Below, piece after piece: positions 1-7,648 of a stretch of DNA of 10,078 nt. The notes beneath the pieces were generated by a model, which was not told the DNA's origin, made no database searches, and was given only the letters and a program-made list of their open reading frames with translations. Position numbers and translations under genes: made by a program. This DNA is from Candidatus Iainarchaeum sp. Lineage in GTDB: Archaea > Iainarchaeota > Iainarchaeia > JAGGVJ01. Numbering within the stretch: position 1 is the stretch's first letter; each line of letters starts with the position of its first letter. The stretch spans positions 1-10,078 of the forward strand of contig JAGGVJ010000024.1 in the NCBI GenBank assembly GCA_021158055.1, in the 5' to 3' direction.

Positions 1-108
1 CCGTAAGTAATACATCTGAAACCGTAAGTAATACATCTGAAACCGTAAGTAATACATCTGAAACCGTAAGTAATACATCTGAAACCGTAAGTAATACATC
101 TGAAACCG
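1..108. repeat. Perfect 21-bp tandem repeat (CCGTAAGTAATACATCTGAAA) x5 plus CCG, cut by the window edge
   Basis: Identical units start at 1, 22, 43, 64 and 85, with no spacers between them. Confidence 0.97.
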
Positions 109-112
109 CGGA

Positions 113-124
113 TATTATATTATA
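113..124 (+). promoter_or_regulatory. Putative TATA box for a leaderless hemK2-drg transcript
   Basis: TATTATATTATA lies about 24-35 nt upstream of GTG148, and there is no RBS before 148. Confidence 0.45.
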
Positions 125-136
125 CTACACCGCAAC

Positions 137-172
137 ACGTTCAAAGGGTGAAAGACGTTCAAAAGGTGAAAG
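137..172. repeat. 18-bp tandem duplication spanning the hemK2 start codon
   Basis: ACGTTCAAAGGGTGAAAG (137-154) and ACGTTCAAAAGGTGAAAG (155-172) differ at one base and give in-frame GTGs at 148 and 166. Confidence 0.9.
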
Positions 173-819
173 AAATACAGGGAAAACTTCTTGAGATAGA
201 TTATTCCAAATCAGTTTACAGCCCGGCTGAAGACTCGGTTCTTCTTGCAGAAAGCGTCAGCGAAAGCATTGAAGAAAACCACTCGGTTCTCGAGATCGGG
301 TGCGGAACAGGTTTTGTATGCCTGCAGCTTGCCGGCAAGGCAAGGCATGTCACGGCAGTTGACATCAACCCCAACGCTGTTTTGCTTGCAAAGAAAAACG
401 CGAAAAAAAACAACATCAAAAATATTTCCGTGTTTGAATCAGACCTTTTTTCCAGAATCAGCACAGAAAAGAAGTTCAACATAATTGTTTTCAACCCGCC
501 TTACCTGCCAGACGACCACATCGGCTCAAAGGACATGCTTGACAAAGCCCTTATCGGGGGTCCTACCGGCCGGGAAGTATTGTTTTCGTTTTTTAAGGGT
601 GGTGGTGGTGGGAAGAGAGGAGTTAAAGACCACTTAAAGGAAAACGGGAAAGTTTTTTTTGTAATTTCTTCTTTCACAGGACAAAAAGAAGTTGAGGAAA
701 AACTCACAAGACACGGTTTTTGCTCCAGGGTGATCGCGTCAAAAAAACTTTTTTTTGAAACGCTGTTTGTTTACCTCGCAGGTTTTAAGAAGCAGGCCAA
801 AAACGGTGAGAGAAAATGA
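148..819 (+). CDS. hemK2: HemK2/Mtq2-family class I SAM-dependent methyltransferase (putative aRF1 glutamine N5-methyltransferase)
   Basis: VYSPAEDS N-terminal motif, SAM motif VLEIGCGTG, AVDIN, catalytic FNPPYLP, GGPTGR and C-terminal KKLFFETL. The start may be GTG166 instead. Confidence 0.88.
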   Translation: MKDVQKVKEIQGKLLEIDYSKSVYSPAEDSVLLAESVSESIEENHSVLEIGCGTGFVCLQLAGKARHVTAVDINPNAVLLAKKNAKKNNIKNISVFESDLFSRISTEKKFNIIVFNPPYLPDDHIGSKDMLDKALIGGPTGREVLFSFFKGGGGGKRGVKDHLKENGKVFFVISSFTGQKEVEEKLTRHGFCSRVIASKKLFFETLFVYLAGFKKQAKNGERK

Positions 820-1904
820 GCCTTGAGGAAAAAATAACCGAGCTTGAAGACGAAATCAGAAGGACTTCCTACAACAAGGCAACAATGCACCACATCGGAA
901 GACTGAAAGCAAGAATCGCAAGACTAAAAGATAACGCGAGAGCAAAAGCAAGCAAGAAAGGGCCAAAACACGGCTACAGCGTGAAAAAAACCGGGGACGC
1001 CACAGTCGTGATGGTCGGTTTTCCAAGCGTCGGAAAATCCACCCTCTTAAACAAGCTGACCAATGCAAAATCAACTATCGGTGCGTATCACTTCACCACT
1101 TTGACTGTTGTTCCTGGGATGATGATCTACAACCATGCAAAAATACAGCTTCTGGACATCCCCGGACTCATTAAAGGCGCAGCAGTTGGAAAAGGCAGCG
1201 GAAAACAAGTGCTTTCAGTTATCAGGAACTCCGACTTGATACTTATTATAGCTGACCCCAAGGAACCGCAGCAAGTTGAAATACTTAAAAACGAACTTTA
1301 CGAAGGGGGTTTCCGGTTAAACGCGGTGCCGCCTGATGTGATAATCAAAAAGAAAGACAAAGGCGGAGTCAACTTCCTCAGCACTGTCAGTTTGCCTGAG
1401 CTTGACGAAGAAATGGCGCGCGAGGTCTTAAACGAGTACTCAATCCACAACGCTGACGTGCTTGTCAGGGAAAAAATCGGCTTGTCTGAGTTCATTGACG
1501 CCGTGAACGGAAACAGGCATTACGTCCCGATGGTTGTGGTCTTCAACAAAATAGACACGGTTTCTGAAGCAAAACTCAAAAAAGCAGTGGAAACAATAGA
1601 CTGTGATGTGTTGTGCGTTTCGGCGTCTTCTGAAAAAAACCTTGACAAGTTGCGCGAAAGCATTTTCAGACACGTCGGCCTGATAAGGGTTTTCCTGAAA
1701 AAAATCGGCGAAGAGCCGGACCTTTCAGAACCGCTTATCATAAAAAAAGGCACGCGGATTATGGGCGTGTGCAGAACAATTCACAAGCGGTTTGCAGCGG
1801 ACTTTAAATTCGCACGGGTGTGGGGCTCATCAAAATTCGACGGGCAGCGGGTGTCAAAAGGATACGCGGTAAGTGACAAGGACATCGTTGAACTGCATTT
1901 TTAA
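816..1904 (+). CDS. drg: DRG/Rbg1 family OBG-class ribosome-interacting GTPase with C-terminal TGS domain
   Basis: N-terminal NKATMHHIGRLKARIARL, G1 GFPSVGKS, G2 YHFTT, G3 DIPG, G4 NKID, G5 SAS and TGS FKFARVWG. GGTGA RBS at 805-809; ATGA overlap with hemK2. Confidence 0.95.
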   Translation: MSLEEKITELEDEIRRTSYNKATMHHIGRLKARIARLKDNARAKASKKGPKHGYSVKKTGDATVVMVGFPSVGKSTLLNKLTNAKSTIGAYHFTTLTVVPGMMIYNHAKIQLLDIPGLIKGAAVGKGSGKQVLSVIRNSDLILIIADPKEPQQVEILKNELYEGGFRLNAVPPDVIIKKKDKGGVNFLSTVSLPELDEEMAREVLNEYSIHNADVLVREKIGLSEFIDAVNGNRHYVPMVVVFNKIDTVSEAKLKKAVETIDCDVLCVSASSEKNLDKLRESIFRHVGLIRVFLKKIGEEPDLSEPLIIKKGTRIMGVCRTIHKRFAADFKFARVWGSSKFDGQRVSKGYAVSDKDIVELHF

Positions 1905-1914
1905 CTGCTTGAAC

Positions 1915-1951
1915 TTCAGGTTTTTTCCGCGCATTATTTTCAGGTTTTTCC
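1915..1951. repeat. Direct duplication (24-bp period) of the stop-codon region of the convergent gene; the T-tract may also act as the drg terminator
   Basis: TTCAGGTTTTTTCC (1915-1928) versus TTCAGGTTTTTCC (1939-1951). TCA at 1940-1942 is the minus-strand stop. Confidence 0.6.
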
Positions 1952-2950
1952 TTCCACGTTTTCTTCCATTTCCTGAAACTGCTTTTTTATTTTTTCATCT
2001 TCATTTCTTGCCTTTATCGTAAGAATCACAAGAACTGCAATAAGAATCATGGCAACTGCCAGAAGAAAAAAACTGCTGTCTGACTTGACGCTGACAGTGA
2101 ATTCTCTTGAAACTTCGTGGTTTCCGAGTTCGTCGTCAAAAACTGTTTCGACAATCACAGGAAAACTTCCGCTTACCTGAAGGGCTTTGAAACAAAACTT
2201 TTTTTGCATGGCCGAATCAGTCGAGTTCCCGTTAAGCAAAGGGATGACAATTTCTTCACTGTTGCAGCCTGCTTTGATTAAATCCATGTCAAATGCGCTG
2301 CCAAGCTTTATTGTCGTGCTGATGTTCCTTATGTTTTCGTCTGAAATGTTTTTGAAATCAACAGTTATTGCGTTTGAGTCACCGTGCCTAACAGCGTTTC
2401 TTTCAAGAGAGTAACTGATTTGAAGAGGGCTTTTTACTATGCGCACTTCAGAGCCGATAAACTCAGACCTGTTTGAAATCCTTGCGTTTACAAAGTGAAT
2501 GCCTTCCGGAACATCAGAAGGCGTCTGGAAAACCACCTGAATGGTTTTTGCATCATTCGGCCTGAAGTCATAAACATCAATTGTTTTTTTGTCAGCGAGA
2601 AGTCCTTTGTCGTCAAGTATTTTCACATGCTCGCTTCCGGACACTTCAAGCTGAAAGGATTTTGTTTCAAAAGAAAAGTTCTTCAAAGTTATTATTGCAG
2701 TAAATTTTTCCTGCGGGTAAAAAATTGCCTGCCCGAAGTTTTTCGGAACAACTTCAATTATCCCAAACGGAGGCGTTGAAAAATCGGTTTCGGAAACGTC
2801 TTGCGCTTGTGTTTCACTGGCGTTCTGCCCGATTAAAACCGTGCTGTCTTCCGCTGAAAAAGCAGCTGGCAAAACAAAAAATAAAGAGGTCATGAAAACA
2901 AGTGCAGTAAATGCAATAATCTTATTTTTCCCATGGAAACACGTCTTCAT
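1940..2950 (-). CDS. Secreted, C-terminally membrane-anchored beta-rich protein (about 336 aa), probably two Ig-like/CARDB- or COG1361-like domains
   Basis: ATG2950 preceded by GGGGAG; signal peptide ending LPAAFSA; ITLKN and VDFKN Ig-type strands; six N-x-S/T sequons; TM FFLLAVAMILIAVLVILTI then a charged tail. The ORF-track start at 3028 lies well inside the upstream gene. Confidence 0.7.
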   Translation of the reverse strand: MKTCFHGKNKIIAFTALVFMTSLFFVLPAAFSAEDSTVLIGQNASETQAQDVSETDFSTPPFGIIEVVPKNFGQAIFYPQEKFTAIITLKNFSFETKSFQLEVSGSEHVKILDDKGLLADKKTIDVYDFRPNDAKTIQVVFQTPSDVPEGIHFVNARISNRSEFIGSEVRIVKSPLQISYSLERNAVRHGDSNAITVDFKNISDENIRNISTTIKLGSAFDMDLIKAGCNSEEIVIPLLNGNSTDSAMQKKFCFKALQVSGSFPVIVETVFDDELGNHEVSREFTVSVKSDSSFFLLAVAMILIAVLVILTIKARNEDEKIKKQFQEMEENVEGKT

Positions 2951-4226
2951 CTGTTTTCTCCCCGTTGCTTTTTGCTTTTTTTTTATCTGGATGAAAATCA
3001 TGCCCGCCCATTCCAAAAGTGGCTGCAATGTCTTCGCGGTACTTATAACCTATGTAGAGCAGGATTAATAACGCTAATCCAAAAATTACTTCCCACTGAA
3101 AATATGACTGCGCCGGATTTTTTCCGTTATTTTTTATCTGGCTGATTAAATCAGACACCGTGATAAATTTTTTATCTGCTGCCTCAAAGTTCTTGTTTTG
3201 AATATCCTGCGTTAACTCCGACCAGGTGTCAAAAAGGTCATTTACTCCTTTTGCATCTTTATAATCTGAACCGCTGTTCACAATGTCCCTTACTTCGTCT
3301 TCAATTTCACTTACCTTCTCAAGTATGCTTTTTTCAAGATTGTCTCTTTCCGCGACTTCGCTTATACGCTGCACTGAAAGTTCAGAATATTGTGAAGCTT
3401 CTGTTTTTGATATCGAAAATATTTTTTCTGACGCTTCCTGATAATTCACCGCCGCACTATTAAATTGTCTTGATTCCATCAGCAAACTGGTTCCAAGCAC
3501 AATGTTTATGAAATCGCTTTTTTGTTCAGGCAACAATTCACTGCTGAAAATAATTTCGTTTGTCTGGGGGATCATTATGTCATAGTCTTCAATTTTCTCA
3601 GCCAACAGCGATATTTCCTCAAAGGCAAAGGAGTATTCTGCGGAAACAGTTTCTTTTAACTCAAAACCCGGGCTGTTCAAAAACTGCGATTCTGTTTCCG
3701 AAGCATCTGAAATGGCTGATTCGACCAAAAGAGCTTGTTCTTTAATGAACTTCAAAGAACTCAAAAGAGCATTGACGCTTGACTTCACACCCGAATCAAC
3801 ATCTTCACAGGAGACAATAAACTTGAGGCCGTATGTTTTTTTTTCAATGTCGTTTGCAAGCGAATGCATGTTTCCGGCATTTGACTGCGTAAAAAACGCA
3901 TTGTTCTGCCTCAAGTTGGCAATTTCAGAAAACACAAACGCTGTTTCAAGAACATCTGCTATTTTTTTTGAATCTTCCAAGACACTGCCGCTTGATGAAT
4001 CCACAAGAATGTATGAAGAAATTCTCCCGGCTTTTTGAATCTTTCCGACCCAATAGCCTTGCTCTTCAAGCCCGATCGGGGTTGAATTTAAAATCGTGGC
4101 ATCTTCACCGCTATAAAGATAGTTCTTCTGAATAAAATCAGCTGCTTCAACCTGATTTACACTGCTTGCGCCCGCGACCTGAAACAAAAGCAGGACCGAT
4201 ATCAAAAATACGTTTATCTTTGCCAC
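2922..4226 (-). CDS. Secreted, C-terminally anchored acidic helical protein with a PepSY-like N-terminal segment (434 aa)
   Basis: GTG start with GGTGTGAGAG upstream; signal peptide MAKINVFLISVLLLFQVAGA; YWVGKI...ILVDSSSGSVL; long amphipathic helical region; TM VIFGLALLILLYIGY then KYR. Overlaps the next gene by 29 nt. Confidence 0.75.
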   Translation of the reverse strand: MAKINVFLISVLLLFQVAGASSVNQVEAADFIQKNYLYSGEDATILNSTPIGLEEQGYWVGKIQKAGRISSYILVDSSSGSVLEDSKKIADVLETAFVFSEIANLRQNNAFFTQSNAGNMHSLANDIEKKTYGLKFIVSCEDVDSGVKSSVNALLSSLKFIKEQALLVESAISDASETESQFLNSPGFELKETVSAEYSFAFEEISLLAEKIEDYDIMIPQTNEIIFSSELLPEQKSDFINIVLGTSLLMESRQFNSAAVNYQEASEKIFSISKTEASQYSELSVQRISEVAERDNLEKSILEKVSEIEDEVRDIVNSGSDYKDAKGVNDLFDTWSELTQDIQNKNFEAADKKFITVSDLISQIKNNGKNPAQSYFQWEVIFGLALLILLYIGYKYREDIAATFGMGGHDFHPDKKKAKSNGEKTDEDVFPWEK

Positions 4227-4312
4227 GTCAATACACTCTCACACCGATAACATCAATACATTGTACACCAATACTTTATGTTAGATTTGCATTGATACAT
4301 TGCATAAATACA
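4226..4312. repeat. Decayed 25-bp tandem pair plus a 13-bp tandem pair in the divergent intergenic region
   Basis: CGTCAATACACTCTCACACCGATAA / CATCAATACATTGT-ACACCAATAC match at 19 of 25 positions. TTGCATTGATACA (4287-4299) / TTGCATAAATACA (4300-4312). Confidence 0.7.
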
Positions 4313-4333
4313 ATAAGAATAAATCCACAAATC

Positions 4334-4340
4334 TTTATAA
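4334..4340. promoter_or_regulatory. Putative TATA box, possibly bidirectional
   Basis: TTTATAA lies between the divergent starts at 4226 (-) and about 4401 (+). Confidence 0.45.
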
Positions 4341-4400
4341 TTGTTTAGTGAAAAACAACAAACATAAAAAACTATTAAACAAAAACCAAAGGGTGTAGTT

Positions 4401-5114
4401 ATCTTCAAAGTAATTTTAATCGAACCTGAATACCCGCAAAACCTCGGCCTCACTTGCAGGGCAATGAAAAATTTCAGATTGTCGCAACTTGTCCTGGTTA
4501 ACCCGAAAGCAAAACCAAGTGAAAGCTCTGCTATTTCAAGGTCAATGCACGGGCGCGACGTGCTTGAATCCGCAAAAACAGTTGATTGCATTGAAAAAGC
4601 CCTTGAAAACAGTGACCTGAGCGTAGGGTTCACTGCAAAAAGCTTTTTTGAGGACAAAATTCTCCGGACCCCCGTGAACCTGCGCGAGCTCTCGGCAAAA
4701 CTCAAGGGAAAAACAGGTTCTGTGGCGCTTGTCTTTGGAAGGGAGAGCAGCGGGCTTTCAAACAAAGAGCTTAAGCAATGCGACCTGACATGCGTGATTC
4801 CTTCAAACCCTGATTACGCGACACTGAACATTTCCCACGCGTGCGCAATTGTGTTCTTTGAGCTTTTTTCAGGCGGGTTTGGAAAAAAACTGCCTCTTGC
4901 AGACAAAAACACAAAGCAGACAATATTTGATTCTTTTTCAGACCTGGTATCTTCAACAAAATTTGACTTCAAGCGGCCGCAGGTGATGAGCACTGCATTC
5001 AAACGCGTTTTGAACAAAAGCCTGATGACTCAAAGAGAAGCGAACGTTATCGCATCTGTCTTTTCACGGCTTTGTGAAAAAGAAAAACAAAAAAACAAAA
5101 AAAACTCACAGTAA
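4401..5114 (+). CDS. trmJ: TrmJ/LasT family SPOUT tRNA position-32 2'-O-methyltransferase
   Basis: FKVILIEPEYPQNLGLTCRAMKNF, VFGRESSGLSNKEL, LNISHA and a C-terminal helical domain with TQREAN. The conserved N-terminus lies upstream of ATG4464, so the start is placed at ATC4401 behind GGGTG. Confidence 0.88.
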   Translation: MFKVILIEPEYPQNLGLTCRAMKNFRLSQLVLVNPKAKPSESSAISRSMHGRDVLESAKTVDCIEKALENSDLSVGFTAKSFFEDKILRTPVNLRELSAKLKGKTGSVALVFGRESSGLSNKELKQCDLTCVIPSNPDYATLNISHACAIVFFELFSGGFGKKLPLADKNTKQTIFDSFSDLVSSTKFDFKRPQVMSTAFKRVLNKSLMTQREANVIASVFSRLCEKEKQKNKKNSQ

Positions 5115-5142
5115 CTTCGCCTGCTTGCCTGCGCTGTTTTCT

Positions 5143-5224
5143 GCTTCAGTAGCGTTGCTTTTAGCTTCAGTAGCTGAATAGCATTGCTTTCAACTTCAGT
5201 AGTTCAATAGCATTCTTTCAGCTT
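5143..5224. repeat. Decayed 29-bp tandem repeat covering the stop codon of the PH-module gene
   Basis: TAGCGTTGCTTTTAGCTTCAGTAGCTGAA (5150-5178), TAGCATTGCTTTCAACTTCAGTAGTTCAA (5179-5207), partial TAGCATT-CTTTCAGCTT (5208-5224), plus an extra GCTTCAGTAG at 5143. Confidence 0.85.
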
Positions 5225-7618
5225 GTCGTAAAATTCCCTGTAATCCGGAATGTCAACAACCACCAGCTCCGCGGTGCTGCTTCCCGTGGTGTTCACTGAA
5301 ACGTTTCCGTTTCCAAACATTTTGTTCAGCATGCCTTGATTGACATTGAGGTGGTCTATTTTTCTAAACAGGATAGACGTTTGTTTCTTGTACAAAATGC
5401 CTGATTTTTCAACAACCCTGTAGGGCTCAATGGAAAAAGACCTTACCTTTACGCTCCAGACCGCAAGCAAAACCACAACAGGCAAAACCAACAGCAGCGG
5501 AATCAAAAACTGCAAGAAAAGAACAAACAACAGCGTGACAACAACAGCCGGAACGCCCCAAACAACAATGGTGTTTGAAACATCCGGTTTCGCCGTGAGC
5601 ACCTGCGTTGATTCCTCAACGTAAGCCTGAATGTTCCGCTCAATGTCTTTGACTTCCTGCGCATTCGGGTTCCTGTAAAAAATTAGGTCTATCAATTCAT
5701 CTTTACTGCTTACGTCTTCAATGAAATCCACCTTAAAGCTGTTGGATATAACTACCGCGGTCTTCCCCTGCTGGACAACGCGTTCCCCTGCAATGTTAAA
5801 CTGCACAGAGCCGGACTGAGAAAACGGGTATTTCACTGTTGAAATGTCTTTTATGTCGTCGCGCAGGACAAAGTAAACTTCTTCAAAAAATATTCCCCTT
5901 GAACAATAGACATAGTTTTCAAAAAACGAAAGGTTCACCCTGTTTTGATAAACTGACTGGTAAACTGCAAAAATCAAAAACCCGACAATAATGATGACCG
6001 GGACTGCAAGAAACAAGGGCTCAAACAACAACGCTCCCGCAGAAAATGCAAACACGCCCAAAACCAATGCGACTGAAACAAAAAATGCCCCTTTCAACAG
6101 GTCAATCAAAGAAAAGCTCGGGTTCATTTCATAAATCTTTTCCTGTGGTTTTATCCCTGTTTTCGCAATCACTGCCTCGTACAGTCCCTCTGATTTTTTT
6201 ATGTTCCTGAACTGGAGGTCTTCTGCCGAACCGATCGACCAAAAATGAATGCTGCATGTGTTAAACCATTTGTCTATGAAGTTTTCCTTGAATATGACTG
6301 CGGTGATTTTCTCGTTTGCAAATTCAACGTTTTTCGAGTGGATAAAATTGTAACGCTGGGCCATGTTGTTTTCTTTGATGTTGTATTTTGTCGCGCCGAC
6401 TTCAATCACCTTCAATACAACAAGAATAACAATGACAACCAGCAAAGGAGGGAAAATCAGTGCAAACGGCAACAGCACAAGCAACGGTGCAAGTGTCCTT
6501 GCGCTGTCCATTTTGTGCTCTGAAGTATAAGTTGTGTCCCTGTCAAGCGCATGTTTTTGGTATGCTGCCTCTTGCGCGGTGCCGGAAACTTCTTCTCCTG
6601 CGATCCCCTGGGCCTGCGCAGTTTCTGCTGCCTGTGTCTTTGTTCCGACAAGCGAACCGGTTTTGCTTATGAGCTCATCAATGTTTGATTCAAGTTTCGG
6701 GCCGTTTGCCATGTTTTTGAACAGTATTTCCTGGGAACTGCCCTGGCAGCTGATCTTGACATCATACAAGCCGAATATTTTGTCAATCAATGTCTGGGTC
6801 ACAGTGGAATCAGACAGATTTTCTATGGGGATGACCGAGTAGTTTCTTGAAAGGAATCCTTCACTGTAAGTGATCGTGTCTGAATAAACATTATACACCC
6901 TGTTTTTCAGGTCAAGGAAGCGAAATGCAGAAACCAGAATCACTGCCGCCAAAACCAGCAGGGCGCCAAAAAACAACAAAGCAAGATCCACAGGGAGAAT
7001 ATCTGAAAGCGCGCTTGAAAGGCCTTCTGTACCGAAGTCAAAAACAATGTAAATAAAAAACAAGAACGCTCCCGCGATACCGCCGACTGTTTCAAAAAAC
7101 ACACCTATTGTGCTTGGCTTTTCCTGCTGGACCAGCTCTGTTTTTGACAGGCTGAAACCGTTGCTTTTGAGCATGTCCTGAATGTGTTCATAGATTTTTT
7201 CAGGTTTGTTTATGGAAGACATATATATTTCCGAAAGGCCGCTTCCCGCTGATTCAATGGCAATGCTTCCGGTTTTAAACAGTTTTTGTTCAATGAACGG
7301 CAATTTCATGTCAATGTGGGTAACGTTTCTTATGACAAGCTCGGTTTCGCTGTCTGAAATAATGGTTCCTGATTTCCGGATTATTTTGTCTGCAAAAAAA
7401 ATGTATTTTTCCTTGTTGTAGGAAACATTCAGGCAATAATAACAAAATGCTTCCAGCGCAACGAAAACAACTGCCGGATACACGACAGGCAGGTTAAAAA
7501 AAGCATTTGCAATAATGTGAATCACTGCAAAAATCACCAAAAGCAAAATTGAAATCTTGGCAAAGCCATAAGTCACAAACGAGGTCCTGTTAGGTTTAAG
7601 TTCATAAGAGTCAGCCAT
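5204..7618 (-). CDS. YdbS/YdbT-like membrane protein with five repeats of (2 TM + bPH_2 domain), 804 aa
   Basis: Five hydrophobic hairpins, each followed by a Y/F-x-I...G-hh...I..v..Q.hh.K.F..G.v.i..GS pattern (e.g. SGILYKKQTSILFRKIDHLNVNQGMLNKMFGNGNVSVNTTGS). Start placed at ATG7618, 23-30 nt downstream of a TATA box. Confidence 0.85.
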   Translation of the reverse strand: MADSYELKPNRTSFVTYGFAKISILLLVIFAVIHIIANAFFNLPVVYPAVVFVALEAFCYYCLNVSYNKEKYIFFADKIIRKSGTIISDSETELVIRNVTHIDMKLPFIEQKLFKTGSIAIESAGSGLSEIYMSSINKPEKIYEHIQDMLKSNGFSLSKTELVQQEKPSTIGVFFETVGGIAGAFLFFIYIVFDFGTEGLSSALSDILPVDLALLFFGALLVLAAVILVSAFRFLDLKNRVYNVYSDTITYSEGFLSRNYSVIPIENLSDSTVTQTLIDKIFGLYDVKISCQGSSQEILFKNMANGPKLESNIDELISKTGSLVGTKTQAAETAQAQGIAGEEVSGTAQEAAYQKHALDRDTTYTSEHKMDSARTLAPLLVLLPFALIFPPLLVVIVILVVLKVIEVGATKYNIKENNMAQRYNFIHSKNVEFANEKITAVIFKENFIDKWFNTCSIHFWSIGSAEDLQFRNIKKSEGLYEAVIAKTGIKPQEKIYEMNPSFSLIDLLKGAFFVSVALVLGVFAFSAGALLFEPLFLAVPVIIIVGFLIFAVYQSVYQNRVNLSFFENYVYCSRGIFFEEVYFVLRDDIKDISTVKYPFSQSGSVQFNIAGERVVQQGKTAVVISNSFKVDFIEDVSSKDELIDLIFYRNPNAQEVKDIERNIQAYVEESTQVLTAKPDVSNTIVVWGVPAVVVTLLFVLFLQFLIPLLLVLPVVVLLAVWSVKVRSFSIEPYRVVEKSGILYKKQTSILFRKIDHLNVNQGMLNKMFGNGNVSVNTTGSSTAELVVVDIPDYREFYDKLKECY

Positions 7619-7626
7619 GCAATAAG

Positions 7627-7648
7627 AAACAGTAAACTGTTTTAAATA
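7627..7648 (-). promoter_or_regulatory. TATA box (TATTTAAA, 7648-7641) and adjacent inverted repeat AAACAGT-AA-ACTGTTT (7627-7642)
   Basis: Perfect 7-bp arms lie between the TATA box and ATG7618; the spacing fits a leaderless archaeal transcript. Confidence 0.6.

Noticed and set aside
1-108. CRISPR array or plasmid iterons
   Set aside because: Units are contiguous with no spacers, there is no cas or rep gene in the window, and the neighbours are housekeeping genes.
2951-3028. ORF-track start at 3028
   Set aside because: It lies about 107 nt inside the upstream gene; ATG2950 has a GGGGAG RBS and leads directly into a signal peptide.
4253-4765. 170-aa minus-strand ORF
   Set aside because: Antisense shadow of trmJ running into AT-rich intergenic DNA, with no recognisable motifs.
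5128-6630. Similarity between CCTGCGCTGTTTTCTGCT (about 5128) and CCTGCGCAGTTTCTGCT (about 6613)
   Set aside because: Short, gapped match compatible with chance; it does not bracket a coherent element.
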